A DNA stretch of 64,000 bases, taken from contig OX638156.1 of the NCBI GenBank assembly GCA_951804945.1, positions 40,858,001 to 40,922,000 of the forward strand, given 5' to 3'. A model generated the notes under the pieces. The model was not told the origin of the DNA. It searched no databases and worked only from the letters and a program-made list of their open reading frames with translations. The stretch comes from Podarcis cretensis (taxonomy: Eukaryota). Below, in pieces: positions 26,230-38,650 of the stretch; position 1 is the stretch's first letter; every line of letters begins with the position of its first letter. Both the position numbers and the translations under genes were made by a program.

Positions 26230-26328
26230 CCATCTGTCATGGATGCTTTAGCTGAGATTCATGCATTGCAGGGGGTTGGACTAGATGACCCTTGGTGTCC
26301 CTTCCAACTCTGTAATTCTATGATTCTA
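26230..26328 (+). mobile_element. CR1 LINE 3' end
   Basis: ...gggttggactagatgacccttggtgtcccttccaactctgtaattctatgattcta. Confidence 0.8.
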
Positions 26329-27646
26329 TATAAAAAGGAAGGGTTTAAGAATCAATTCCCAGACAGAAATGCATCATTGTGGCATGTTTTACCTGTTCAG
26401 CTCTAAAGAAAAACAGCAACAGAAGCTGAACAGGTAAAATATGACATGGGGATGTTTTGTTTACATCATGTAAATGGCTGTAAAATGTGAGTGAACACTG
26501 TGTGGCTAGTCCCCAGTAAATTCTTAGTGTGGAAACAGCGATAGTTTAATTTTTTGGAATTCCTAGCCACTCTGGAAAACCTTTCATGGTTGAAGAGTGA
26601 TATGTAAACTTATGTAAATAAACAACAGCCCTGCCCTCCAGGCCTACTCTGCACCGTGCACCACAGTTACTGTACATGTACACCCATTTGTACCCCCAGC
26701 TTTCTCTGAGTCTTACCTGTTAAGTCAGGGATAGGCAGGAAGGCAAGTTATCCCCCATGCACATTTTAAACCCAGATCCAGCAACTATGGGAAAGGTTGC
26801 AGAAATCTGCCCTGTGCATTTAAATCTCTGCACTGCCCTCAAAGATGAGGAGGAAGCCACAGCAGCTCCTGCCCCTCCTTTGCCCTTTCCACAGCTGCTA
26901 CTGCTGCAATAAGTAAGTAGCAAGGGGGGCATTCTCCCCCAGGCTGAGCTCCCCCACAGTCCAGTCTGTGAAATGAGATAAGGAAATGTCATGACCTGGT
27001 CCCTCTTCTAAGCATGCGTACCTGTTGCAGCACAGCACAGCATGGCTTAAAGGCCCAAGAGGAGCCCCCCCCCCCCGCAACCTCTGGGGTGAGCTTTTGA
27101 TTTATGCAATGCTTGAATTGGTAGGTCACAAACTGGACCCCTGTCAAGCGATAGGGCGGCCCTAAAAGCTCTGGAATGCTTTTCCAGTTCATGTGTCCCT
27201 CCCCTCCTCCCTCCATCTCTCCGCCCCCCGCCACCTCACTATGCAACCAAGACCTCACTTTTGCAGACATAAAAACCTGCCTTCAAGCAAGCGGAAAACT
27301 TCAAGAATTGCAGTTAGCCACTGAAATCAGCCCCATGTGCATCTTCATAATAAGCTCTCTCCTCTAGAGATTATCGGAAGGGCACCATCTAGTGGCAGCA
27401 CTGCATTCAAAATTCTGACCGCACAGCTTGCATCAAAATCTTTGGGAAAGAGATATCCTGGCACTGCAGGGAGCCCCATCCGCCAGCGCAAGCACATGCA
27501 GAGTCTTCCTGAGAGAAAGGAAGCAGGAGCCTGACAGGGCTACATATGGGTCTAGCCAAACCAAACTCCCTTATGCTAAGAAGGCAAAGGGGTTTCATTT
27601 ACTTGGTGCCTGCAGAGCTTACAGAACAGAAGGCTTAGATATCTTT

Positions 27647-27736
27647 CATAGCTGTCAACGTTTCCCTTTTTTAAAGGGAAATTCCCTTATTCCAAATAGG
27701 ATTCTTCGCAAGAAAAGGGAAAAGTTGACAGCTATG
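27647..27736. mobile_element. 90-bp hAT-type MITE
   Basis: TIRs catagctgtcaac / gttgacagctatg, the same ends as the element at 41518-41755. Confidence 0.75.
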
Positions 27737-28224
27737 GATTTCTTCCCAGCAGTGACTCTGTAGTGTAGCTGGACTGGTGCAGTTGTGTGGGTGCAGCTTA
27801 GTTGCACAAGCAGCTCACATGCCCCCAAACCCAGGGGAAGCCAATCACCTGCAGCATCAGCAACCTAAGGCAGTCTTTGCCAACTTGGTGCCCTTCATAT
27901 GTTTTGACTACAATTCCCATCAACCACAAAACATCTACAGATCTTATTATGGTTTGGCCTAATAGTTTTTTTTAATAGTTTTTTTCCTCTTGTGGTCCAA
28001 CACAGCAACATTTTGTTTCTTATTATTATGTTATTATTTATCAGTTTTTACTGGGAGGCCTGCTGTTAGGCAGAATGTGGGGTGTAAATACTGCAAATAA
28101 TTAAATCATGTCTGCCTTGATTAACCCCCAAGAGCAAGTGCCCACCCTCAAAACACCAGCCACCACAACCTGAATGCTCCCAAAGAGAAAGTACCACCCG
28201 CTGCACAAGAAAAATAGGAACCAC

Positions 28225-28930
28225 TATGAAAAAGGTGAATTCCGTGCTTAGGGACGATTGGGAAAAGAACTGAAAATAAAACAGCCGATATCATAATGCC
28301 ATTACACAAATTTATGGTGTGACCACATTTGCAATACTGTGTAAAATTCTGGTCGTTTCACCTCAAAAGGATATTGCTGAGTTGAAAAGGTTGCAGAAAA
28401 GGGCAACCAAAATGACCAAGACGATAGAGAGATTCCTCTCTGAGGAAAGGTTGCAGTGTTTGAGCCTTTTTAGTTGACAGAAAAGACGAAGAAGAGGTGA
28501 CGTGGTGGAGGCAAATAAAATTATGCATGGAGCGGAGAAAGTGGTTAGAGAAAAGTTTTTCTCCCTCTCTCGTAACACTAGAACTCACGGATGTCCAATT
28601 TAGCTGAATGCTGGAAGATGCAGGACACGTAAAAGAAAGTATTTCTTCATGCAATGAAGTTAAACTATGGAACGTCCCTTCCACTTGGATGACTTGAAAA
28701 TAGGATTAGACAAATTCATTGGAAATAAGGCTTTCAACAGTTACTAGCCACAATGGCCATGCTCTGGCTCCCCTGCCCAAGGCAATATGCCTCTGAATCC
28801 CAGTTACTGGGAATCACAAGTGGGCAGGATGCTGCTGTGCTCAGATCCTGCTTGTGTGCTTCCCATTGGCATCTCTATGAGAACAGTCATTTATAAAGAT
28901 GTTGGACAGGACAGGACAGAAGCCTGCAGC
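28225..28930 (+). mobile_element. Degraded CR1-type LINE 3' region
   Basis: ORF2 C-terminal remnants (gaaaaggttgcagaaaagggcaaccaaaatga = EKVQKRATKM-like) plus 3' UTR. Related pieces near 4225-4420 and 59040-59410. Confidence 0.75.
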
Positions 28931-31359
28931 ACTTCACTCTACTTGTTACTTTTTTCCAGAGCATCACTTGTCTGCATACCAGGAGAAGGCATTTTGCCTA
29001 ATGATTTCAGTTTGTCCAGCCGCCATGGAAGGCCAAGCGAAAAAGCCAGCAAGGCGAGAAGGTGCAGTTCCGCTTCCGAGGGTGGCCCCAGCATTCCACT
29101 GGGACTGGGACTCCAGTTCATGCATTTGAGCTCCGTGGGCGGAAAGAAAGGAGCACTTTGCAAGGGCAAAGTGATTTCCTTGTGAAGACTGGAGAGACGG
29201 GCAAAATGTGTGCAGGCCTCCCTGCAGACGCCTTTGCCCTGTGCTCAAAGGCCAAGCATTCCCAGGGAGCGGGATGACTGGGGCATTGTGCTCACGCCTT
29301 CAGTCCATATGGTGGGCATAGAGTTAAAGGGCTTCATTTTCTCATCCATGTCTGTGCTCTTGAAAGGGCACATTGGGGAAATGGAACAAAACAGCATCCA
29401 CCCCCTACCCTGCATTTCAGCAGCCTTGTGCTCGGGTGGCAGGAGGCAATTAAAAATCATTTCGAATGAGCTCATTTCTTTCTTCTGCTTCTTGTACAAG
29501 GACCATTGTGGCCTTGGCTTGTGTCTCTGAAATCTCAAGATTTACTCAGCAGCGAACCTGGGTGAGGGTTCAGTCCCATTTCCTGCCCTGAGGAAGCTGA
29601 CGTTTTTCAATAAAAGGAATATGAGAGGACGCCTGTGTGACAGTTTGATTCTGTCCATTTGAGCATGAAATAGAGACAGTGGTTTTCTGTCCCACTACAG
29701 GTGCAAACAGTCAACAATGCAGGGATGACTGTGTCATCACAGACGGTTGTTGTTGTTCACTGGGGTTATTTTGCATACATTTAAGATTAAACTGAATGTT
29801 CACAGTCTGCATACCTTTTGCATTTCTTTCCCATTTGATCTCCAGTTTTTACCATTTTATCTCAACACCCATCCCTGCCAGCTAAGACTCACCCTCCTTG
29901 CATCTGACAAAATAGCCTCTGTTCCACAAATATTTATGCCATAATAAATTTGTTTGTCTTTAAGGTGCTGCAAGCCTGTTAGTTATTTTTGCCAGGAGGA
30001 ATGCAGAATAACCATGCAACGTTAGTCCCTATTTTGTTTTAATTAGGGAGATGAGTCGTAGGCAAACACTGTGACCAGGATTCCACAGAGAGCATGTAGA
30101 TGCTGGAGAAAGCCTCCTGAGGCCAGATTGGAGGCCAAGAAAAGGAGCTGCCTGCCACCCCCACCAGCACCAGCACCCCAAAGAAAAGGCAACCCAAAGT
30201 TCAAGAAGAAGCCCTCCTGCCCTGTGTCAAAGACCCTTTCCAGCCAGGACACACGCAAAATCAGAGACAAGACACGAAGATGGGAGGTCTTTTCCAGTCC
30301 ATGCAGACTTGTTTCTCTGCTCCAACTGAGGAGGGACACAAGAAATGCTGGCTAGGAATTGGTTGCTATAAGTAAAAATTATTCTGTGTGGGGAGTGGGG
30401 TTGAAAGTTTTGCATTTTGATGAGAGACTACCTAACTTGTACTTTGCAAACCAATACACAGACTGAGACACAAGTATCCTTCCACATTCTCTTCAGAAGC
30501 TGCCTTGTATTGAGTCAGCACATTTACCCATCTAGATTAGTGTAGCTGACACTGACTGGCAGCAGCAGCAGCAGCAGCAGCAGCTCTCCAGGGTTTTTCA
30601 GACAGGGAGCTTTAGGCACTGTGCTACTATTATTATAATTATTATATATTTATTTATACCCTGCCTTTTTCCCTGCTGGGGACTCACGATGAAAACAATG
30701 GCCCTTCCTTTGCTAGGATGGATGGCTGAGGACAGGAGCAGACAGAGGGTCTCAAGGCCCCCTCCTCCTTCTTAGTACAGACAGGCAAGTAAACAGGGTC
30801 AGCTGCTCAAATTCCCTGGGAGTGGAGGAAATCTCATTAAAGAATTCTGGAAAGCCTAACCTGAAACTATACACATTGCTCTATCATGTTTGGTTCTCTG
30901 TGTTTATGCAGAATGAATACATGCACGTCCTTAAAGTTATTTGTTTATTGGCTGAAACTATAGCAATTTTTTTCAACTTTTAAAATCTCATTATTTGTTC
31001 AGCAGCAGCAGGTGCTGAATGATTGAAGTTTTTCTCTTGCTTGTGCTGAAATATTACTTGGCACCTTTCACCTGCAAACTGGTGGCTATGCACATGGGGT
31101 CCTGCACCCTTTATCGTTACCAGGTAGCAGAGCAGGTGGCCGGCCTCAGGGGTCACAGCTTGGGGTTGTTTTGAACCTGGGACTCCAAAACTTTAACAAT
31201 TACTGCACCTTACAATGGCACACATTTCTGAAAGTCATTTCCACTTTCAGACCCGTTTGCAATGGCAGGGAGCCTGTTTCCATGGACCGTGCCTTGCCCT
31301 CGGTGGCACTAGTTTCAAGCTGGAAAGCTGCTCTTTCCCCTTCTCAAACTGCACTCTTT

Positions 31360-32650
31360 GGAATGTGCCGCGCGGTGACTTTTCCGCAAGGAGGGTTAGC
31401 CAGGTGCGCTAGAAGAGGTGCCTAAGAGAGATGGGGCTCATCCCAGGGGCCCCCTTGGTCCTTCCCGCCAGCTGCCCAAGAGGAGCAGGGCAGGAAGGTC
31501 ACTCTGCAGCTCCGGCATCCTGGAGAGGCGGGCTGCCTCCGAAGACGGAGGCTCCGCCGTCCACCCCTCCCTCCCTCCGGGGATCTGTGCCACCTGAGCC
31601 GGGAGGCCGCCGGCTCGCTTCCCACCTGGAGGGATCTCGGCCTCCTCCAGCGCTGCGTAAACACTGAGAAACGGCGAAGAGCAGCGGTGGATTGGTAGAT
31701 GGGGTCGGGCGCAGCAACTGCCCTCGAAGCTGCTTCGGGCAAGGCACTCCGACCCCAGTTCCATGCTCGAAGGAACCTCGGCGGCCCCAAAGCTCGGGCG
31801 CCTCCGAGATGGTCCTCGTCAGCCAGCCGGCAAAGTTCGGCTCCCGCTTCCCCTGCGGAGCTGGAGCACCAGGCTCCGCCCGCTCCTCTCCCCGAGGCAC
31901 TCTGCACATGCTCCTAGGAGCCATCAGCCTTGCGCGCGCTGCCGCCCCCTCGGGCGCGACTCACCATGGCCGTTGTTGTTGACGACGCTGCGGCCGCCGC
32001 CGGCGGCAGGCGCTTCCCGGCACTGCTGCTGCTGCTGGAGGCGCCCAGCTGAGCCCGGCCCGCAGCCGCAGAGCCAGCCAGGCCGGCCCTGTAACCTGAT
32101 CCCCCCTCCGCCCACCGCCCCGCCTCACCCGGCCGGGCTTCGCGGGCTTCGCGGACTGCTCCGGCTCCCAAGGCCCCGCGGCCTCCCAGGAGCAAAGAGG
32201 AGGTAGCGGGGAGATCAGCTCCCGGCCTCGGCTCCAGAGGCGCCCCCGGACCGCCCCTCAGGGCCTCGGGAGCGGGGTGGAAGGTGCCCCTTCCTCCCCG
32301 CGATGCCTGGGTTCGCTTGGGACGGCTGCGCCTTCATCCTGGCTAGAGGCTGTGCTAAAGTAGACCAGAGAGAGGCCCGTCCCAGGCACACCTGGAAGAG
32401 GCCTCGTTGCCCCAGGGTCGGAGGATCCCCCTGCCCGGGAGACTCGGGGAGCCCCTGTTGCTCATGCTGTTCTCTCTGCTTGCCCGGTCCCGGCGGCCTT
32501 GCTTGGTCCCCCAGCCTCCACCTGCCTCCAGCACTCCAGGCTGTGGCCCTGCAAAGCCTGTCCTTAGCCTCCTCAGTTTGGGGTTCGGGCTCCTGCTCCA
32601 CGTCGCAGGGATTGCCGGAGAGAGGCCACCACTGGCCTCCTCTGCGCTCC
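31360..32650. promoter_or_regulatory. CpG island: PLEKHG4 promoter and first exon
   Basis: Abrupt GC- and CpG-rich stretch in otherwise CpG-depleted DNA, surrounding the ATG-only exon, with GC boxes (ccgccc). Boundaries estimated by eye. Confidence 0.85.
31965..31967 (-). CDS. PLEKHG4: PLEKHG4 coding exon 1 (ATG only)
   Basis: Minus strand reads caacggccATG|GTGAGT: Kozak context (G at -3) and a consensus donor at 31964-31959, inside a CpG island. Phase 0 matches exon 2, which begins with Asp. Confidence 0.8.
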
Positions 32651-34255
32651 CTACAACTCTGGCTTTGCCTGTAATGATCCTGGCACTGGCACCCTCCAGA
32701 CCCCAGAGGCCTCTTGGCAACCCCTGGCGCACACACAGGCCATCTAGTCCTTGAACCATTGCACCCTCTGGAGCCCCTGGTTGGCCTCTTCTAGTGCCAG
32801 CCACATCCTCACCCAGGTGGATTCCCAAACCGTGTGGTGGGGAGAGGGGCCTAATGCCAGGAAGAGATGCCAAGCCTTGAGACCACCCCTTGATTTTGGC
32901 CAACGGAGTGATGCCCAGCTTCGAGCCTGTCTTCAAGAAGCAGGCATGATGTTGGGTCCCTAAAACAATCCTGAGCCTTGAAATCAGCATTCTCTTTTGC
33001 CCCCCCCCCCATCTGACTGCACTTGTCCTTCAGCCTCTCTTACCAAAAAGAAACCCTTTAACCCACCCATAACAGTTCGGTCTGCCAGCATTGCACTTGT
33101 CACCCCCTCCCTTCTGTGGTGCCAGGTTCCGAGGCCCTTCGTTGCCAATCCCAGGTGGCACCAATATGCAGGTATAGTTTAAAAGGCTAAGTAATTCCTG
33201 TAGCTGTTCAGGAACAATTTTTCTAGGGTGGATACTTGTCTTCTCAGTCGACAAGCTGACTGCTACGAGTTCAGTGTTGCTGTGCTGTGCCTTTTGTACA
33301 ATCTAAATAGGTCAGATTGGAAAAAGGGCCCTCAGCCTTTTTGTGGTGCCAGCAAATCACTTGAGCTTGTGTGAGTGGCAAACTCGTGCCTAAACTGCCT
33401 ACCTTCTAATCCAGATTCATTGACCAGATGATGTCCCTAGTCCACTCTTTCAACACCCACTCCAATATGGAACCACATTTTTCAAAGGCAGCTCATGAAA
33501 CTGATCCTCCCATGTGGTGCACCCATTCCCCAGGAAACTCAACAAGACAGCTGGGTGGTGAAGTGTAGTTTTTATGACACACGGCCCCTGGGAATAAGTG
33601 GTGCATCACCCCTTCCAGTCTGTACTGTCCCACGTAGTGGGCATTGCTTGAACCCAAATGGGTGGGTGTGCTATGTACAGTTTTCTAGAATTGCAGGCCA
33701 CCTACCACTAGTCCCAATCTGGGATCAAGCAAACCAAGTCAGGTCTAGCAAAGGCCTGCAAGGTAAGGTCATATAACGCAGGGTGGGAAATCCAGATAAA
33801 CAAGGTCAGGCAAAACAGAGGTCAAGGTCCAAAAGGCAAGCAAGCAAGATGTTTAGCACCCTGGAGAGCTCCAAATGGAGTCTGGAGAGGCAGGCTGGAA
33901 TGTTGCTCCAGCTACCAGCAAACCCAGGCTCAGGGACTACAGCTTCCTCTGGGCAGCTACTCCTGCCTCCACCTGAGGAGTGGAGTCCTGACCAGGCCCA
34001 GTTTGGCATTCTGTTTTTATAAATGTTTTTATTTATTTTTTCAAATTACAGCAACAACAATAAAATAAATTGTCCAACAACAACTACCCCAAGCTTGTCC
34101 TCTTATATGTACAGATGTGTATCATGCATTGGTTTCATTCAATTATTTTAAACGATCTTGCCATGTTTTCCCATGAGCATCAGGTGGCTTCCTTACATGG
34201 TCTAAATGATTCAGGCACTCAATAAATATTTGACATGTATTATAGAATGAGAAAT

Positions 34256-34594
34256 GGGACGTGGGTGGAGCTGTGGTGTAAACTACAGAGCCTATGGCTT
34301 GCCAATTGGAAGGTAGGCAGTTCGAATCCCAATGATGGGGTGAGCTCCCGTTGCTCGGTCCCTGCTCCTGCTCACCTAGCAGTTCGAAAGCATGTCAAAG
34401 TACAAGTAGGTAAATAGGTACCGCTCTGGCAGGAAGGTAAACGGCGTTTCTGTGTGCTGCTCTGGTTTGCCAGAAGCGGCTTAGTCATGCTGGGCACATG
34501 ACCAGGAAGCTGTCTGCGGACGAACACCGGCTCCCTCGGCCTATAGAGTGAGATGAGCGTGCAACCCCAGAGTCGTCCACGACTGGACCTACCT
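34256..34594 (+). mobile_element. Sauria SINE (Squam1), near full length
   Basis: gggacgtgggtggagctgtgg...ggggtgagctcccgttgct...gagatgagcg...ccccagagtcg...gactggacct; 14-bp TSD TTATAGAATGAGAA at 34240-34253 and 34595-34608. Confidence 0.9.
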
Positions 34595-35301
34595 TTATAG
34601 AATGAGAATGGATTGTGTTTGTTACTAGCTGCTCTGACTTGACAGGGCAGCTTCTTGGCCAGTGCTATTGACCACACTCTAGGAGTTAATGTTAAGAGCT
34701 GTTCCTGTTGTCCAGCTTCTGGCAATTTCCATACATGCTGCTGTTAGCAGAAAAGCTAGGAGCTCATTATTAGAATAATGTAGAGTGGGTGGGAGTCTAG
34801 AGCACTGAATAAGCCTGAGTTTTGGGCCCAAGATGCCCTTGGCATTCCCGGCATCTTCCCTTGAGCCCTGATTCATGGCAGGCTCTTTTCCTTAATGCTA
34901 GTCTTCATCCCTTCCAGTGAATCCCTTGCCATCCTGGGCTCCCAGATGCCTTGGCAGGAGGGTAACACAGATTCCTGCCAACAGATAAGTGGCGTGGTCA
35001 GCTTTTGAGTATTGATCCAACACGAGGAGGGGGAGAGCAGCCATCACTGGGATGGTGTCTTTTGGTGGAGCTTCTCCCTGCTCTCTTTCCTTGACTTTCT
35101 CTCTTTGGGACAGGAGGCAAATGGATAGGGGCCGGGACTGATAGGGCACTGGGCTCAGCACCCCAGGAGTTAAAACTCCCATCAAAGCAGGAAGGGTTGA
35201 GCCACCTGCCCCAGCCTCCTAGTTGCAGAAGTTCCACTCTGAGTGTCAGAACAGTCCCCACCAACCATGCACCAGAGAATGCCCAGATACAATGTCCAGG
35301 T

Positions 35302-35650
35302 GCCCAGTATACCTGAAGGAACGCCTCCACCCCCATCGTTCAACCCAGACACTGAGGTCCAGCTCCAAGAGTCTTCTGGCGGCTCCCTCACTGCAAGAAG
35401 TGAGGTTACCAGGAAGCAGGCAGAGGGCCTTCTCAGTAGTGGCGCCTGCCCTGTGGAATGCCCTCCCATCAGATATCAAGGAAATAAACAACTACCTGAC
35501 TTTTAGAAAACATCTGAAGGCAGCCCTGTTTAGGGAAGTTTTTAATGTTTGATGTTTTATTGTGTTTTTAATATTCTATTGGGAGCCGCCCAGAGTGGCT
35601 GAGGAAACCCAGCCAGATGGGCAGGGTATAAATAATAAATTACTGTACTG

Positions 35651-35684
<34 letters not shown>

Positions 35685-35703
35685 AGTACTACAGTACTAC
35701 TAC
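35302..35703 (+). mobile_element. L2-clade LINE 3' end with (TAC)n tail
   Basis: ORF2 C-terminus PVYLKERLHP...RAFSVVAPALWNALPSDIKEINNYLTFRKHLKAALFREVF, then 3' UTR and a trinucleotide tail at 35640-35703. Confidence 0.85.
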
Positions 35704-37120
35704 TTCACCGGGCTTACTGCCCCCAAGTGGTGAGTTTGCAGACTACATCATAGAAATGGTTAAATCCTGCCAGGCAGGTTTTCTCATTTCCCCCACACTT
35801 CCTTGGCTTCTTTCTGCTAATCCTTGGCTTCAGACTCTCATTGATATATTCCTTTCTCCCAATCTTTTATTTTGGCCCCATGTGGGTCAATAACTTCCCT
35901 GGAGCACCTGCTAAAAGCAGCAGCACCACCAGCCCAGCATATGAGGCAGCTTTCCCCAACTTGGTGCCCTTCAGATGTCTCAGACTGTGAATCCGAACAG
36001 CTCCATCCAGTGTGGGAATAAGAAAGGCTGTGTAAGACGTGGGACTTTTTCTCCTGGAAGCTCCACTGGGATGGACAGGGTTCTTGAGCATCTCCTGTCC
36101 CTTGCAGGGGAGCTGGTGTGCGTCCTAGTAGGGGGCTGTAGCTAACACAAGCCTCCTGATTTTCCCAGCACCCAGCTAGTTCCCAGCCCTGCCCTGTGGC
36201 CGACCACCAAGCACTCCTAACAAATCGCCAGCATCTGGTTCCACGGTAGGAAACAAGGGTGGAACTTCCAAAAATCCCCCACTCCCTTATACACACACAG
36301 AAATTTCAGCTTAATAAATGTTGGGAATAAAACATTACGGAAATGCCGATGGCAAGTCATGGAACCATAATCACAATCCTATCAAGGGAGGCTGGAAGCT
36401 TTTTCCTCTTAGAGAGGAAGTCATTTTGTGTGGCAAATTCTTCCACCGGTCACAGTCGATTGTTTCCAATGGCCAGGGGCCAAAGGCGGGAGGGAGGGGT
36501 CACAGTAACAGCCAGGAAATGGTCTGTTAAACTGGAACAAGGAGAGCAATGCAGGGAGTGGGTGGCTGTTCAGGTAAGGTCTCTCAGGGCTTCCAGTTCG
36601 ATAAAACAGGCAGGAAGAAGAAGCAGGTCCCAGGCCCATCCAGGCCAAGATGGAGCAAATAACAGAGAATGCTCAGTTGCAGGGGGGGGGGGAGTAATAA
36701 GACAGCTGGTCCTGGTCCCCCCCCCCCCGCATATCAGAAGCTGTATCCTGAAGGTTGGGTGGGATCCCACCATTTATCCATGGCCTGAGCAGTCCAGAGG
36801 GAAAAAAAAAAACTAGAAAAGAACTAAGCTATGGTAACATCCTTCATGGGGTTGGCACCCCTTTTCGTTAGTATCTCCAAGTTTTGGACAGCCCCCTCAC
36901 ACCAACATTTGTAGAACTGCAACTTTTAAGCACTTGCTTTCTCTCTCTCTCCCCAATCTCTTTTTATTATTTATTGATTATCATTATTATATTTCTATAT
37001 TGCCCTACATTTGAGAGTAACAGGGCCGTTTACAATGTAAAAACACAAAAATGCATAACATTGTAAGAAACAAACAAAATAAAAAGACCTCACATTGTTT
37101 AAAAGGCCATTGATTATTTA

Positions 37121-37379
37121 CCGTATTTTTCGCTCTATAAGACGCACCAGACCACAAGACACACCTAGTTTTTGGAGGAGGAAAACAAGAAAAAAAATAT
37201 TCTGAATCTCAGAAGCCAGAACAGCAAGAGGGATCGCTGCACAGTGAAAGCAGCAATACCTCTTGCTGTTCTGGCTTCTGGGATAGCTGTGCAGCCTGCA
37301 TTCGCTCCATAAGATGCACACAAATTTTCCATTACTTTTTAGGAGGGAAAAAGTGAGTCTTATAGAGCAAAAAATACGG
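37121..37379. mobile_element. Tc1/mariner-superfamily MITE (ccgtattt-type TIR)
   Basis: TA|ccgtatttttcgctctataagac...gtcttatagagcaaaaaatacgg|TA, with an internal hairpin at about 37207-37282. Confidence 0.88.
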
Positions 37380-37482
37380 TAATTAGCAAAGGCCTGGGAA
37401 AAGGGAATGTTTGTTTTTATTTATATATTAATTTCCCTCACGTGCAACATATTTTGAGATAGTAAGTCTGAGTTTCTTACTA

Positions 37483-37653
37483 CAGTGGTGCCTCCGGTTG
37501 CAGATTGGATCCGTTCCGGAGGTCCAGTCGGATCCCGAGGTCCGCTTCTGCACATGCGCGGGGGCGAAACCCAGTAAAATACTTCCGGGTTTGCTGCGCG
37601 TGCATCCCAAAGTTGACATAACCAGAGGGTTATGTAAAATGGAGGTTCGACTG
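37483..37653. mobile_element. pogo/Tigger-like MITE
   Basis: TA|cagtggtgcctcc...ggaggttcgactg|TA. Confidence 0.75.
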
Positions 37654-37655
37654 TA

Positions 37656-37897
37656 CAGTGGTACCTCGGGTTACATACGCTTCAGGTTACATACGCTTCA
37701 GGTTACAGACTCTGCTAACCCAGAAATAGTACCTCGGGTTAAGAACTTTGCTTCAGGATAAGAACAAAAATTGTGCAGTGGCGGCACAGTGGCAGCAGGA
37801 GGCCCCATTAGCTAAAGTGGTGCTTCAGGTTAAGAACAGTTTCAGGTTAAGAACGGACCTCCGGAACGAATTAAGTACTTAACCCAAAGTACCACTG
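37656..37897. mobile_element. pogo/Tigger-like MITE
   Basis: TA|cagtggtacctcgggtta...taacccaaagtaccactg|TA. Confidence 0.88.
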
Positions 37898-38405
37898 TAC
37901 TGATTTTTGTTAGCTGCTCTGGGAGCACTTTCAGCTAAAGTGTGGGGTAAAAATAGTTTAAATAAACCCTGCTCTGTGTAGCCACCTGGGGTAGTTTAAC
38001 ATCTACTGTGAAGAGAAACATGGAGTGGGAATGCATCAGACCCTCAGTTCACTCTGATCCCTTAGTTTGTGGGAATAAATGCACCCCTTCCAACATGGCT
38101 GAAAGTAAAGTTGGCAGAAATGCCCATGTGCAAAAAGCTCTCAATAGGTGAAATCTATAGCTAGGAAATGATTCAGCCGCAGCACAAAGGCTAAGATTTC
38201 CGGCAACTCACTACTAGAACACACTGGTGGCCAAATAAATGAAACCCCCCTCCCTAGGCATTTTGGTAGGGTGTGGCTGACTTGAACTGGCCACCTTTCG
38301 GACACAGGAGAGGTGGAAGTCTGTATGGGACCCCCACTCTGAGCATACAGGGAGACCTCTGCTATCCATGCGCCCACAAGGTGCACCCAGCATACTGAGA
38401 GTCAA

Positions 38406-38650
38406 CATGGTGTAGTGGTAAGTGTTGGACTAGCATGGTGTAGTGGTGAGTGTTGGACTAGGAGATTGGGGTTCATATTTGCACTCGGCTATGAAGCTGC
38501 CCAGGTGGCTTTGGGCCAGTTTCTGCCTCTCAGCCTAACCTACCTCACAGGGTTGTTGTGAGAATTAAACAAAGTGAGGGAGAACCGCGTACACCACCTT
38601 AAATTACTTGGATGAAAAGGTGGGATAGAAATGGAATGGAATGAAATAAA
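38406..38650 (+). mobile_element. CORE/MIR-like SINE with duplicated 5' end
   Basis: A-box-like catggtgtagtggt...ggactag occurs twice, followed by the core ctctcagcctaacctacctcacagggttgttgtgag. Related copy near 2405-2580. Confidence 0.7.

Noticed and set aside
31422-32990. Many overlapping 100-210 aa ORFs on both strands, including a Cys-rich one
   Set aside because: Expected from stop-codon scarcity in a CpG island; Ala/Arg/Gly/Pro-rich with no family resemblance.
36319-36664. Possible solo LTR (TGTT...AACA)
   Set aside because: No matching target-site duplication and no second copy in the window.
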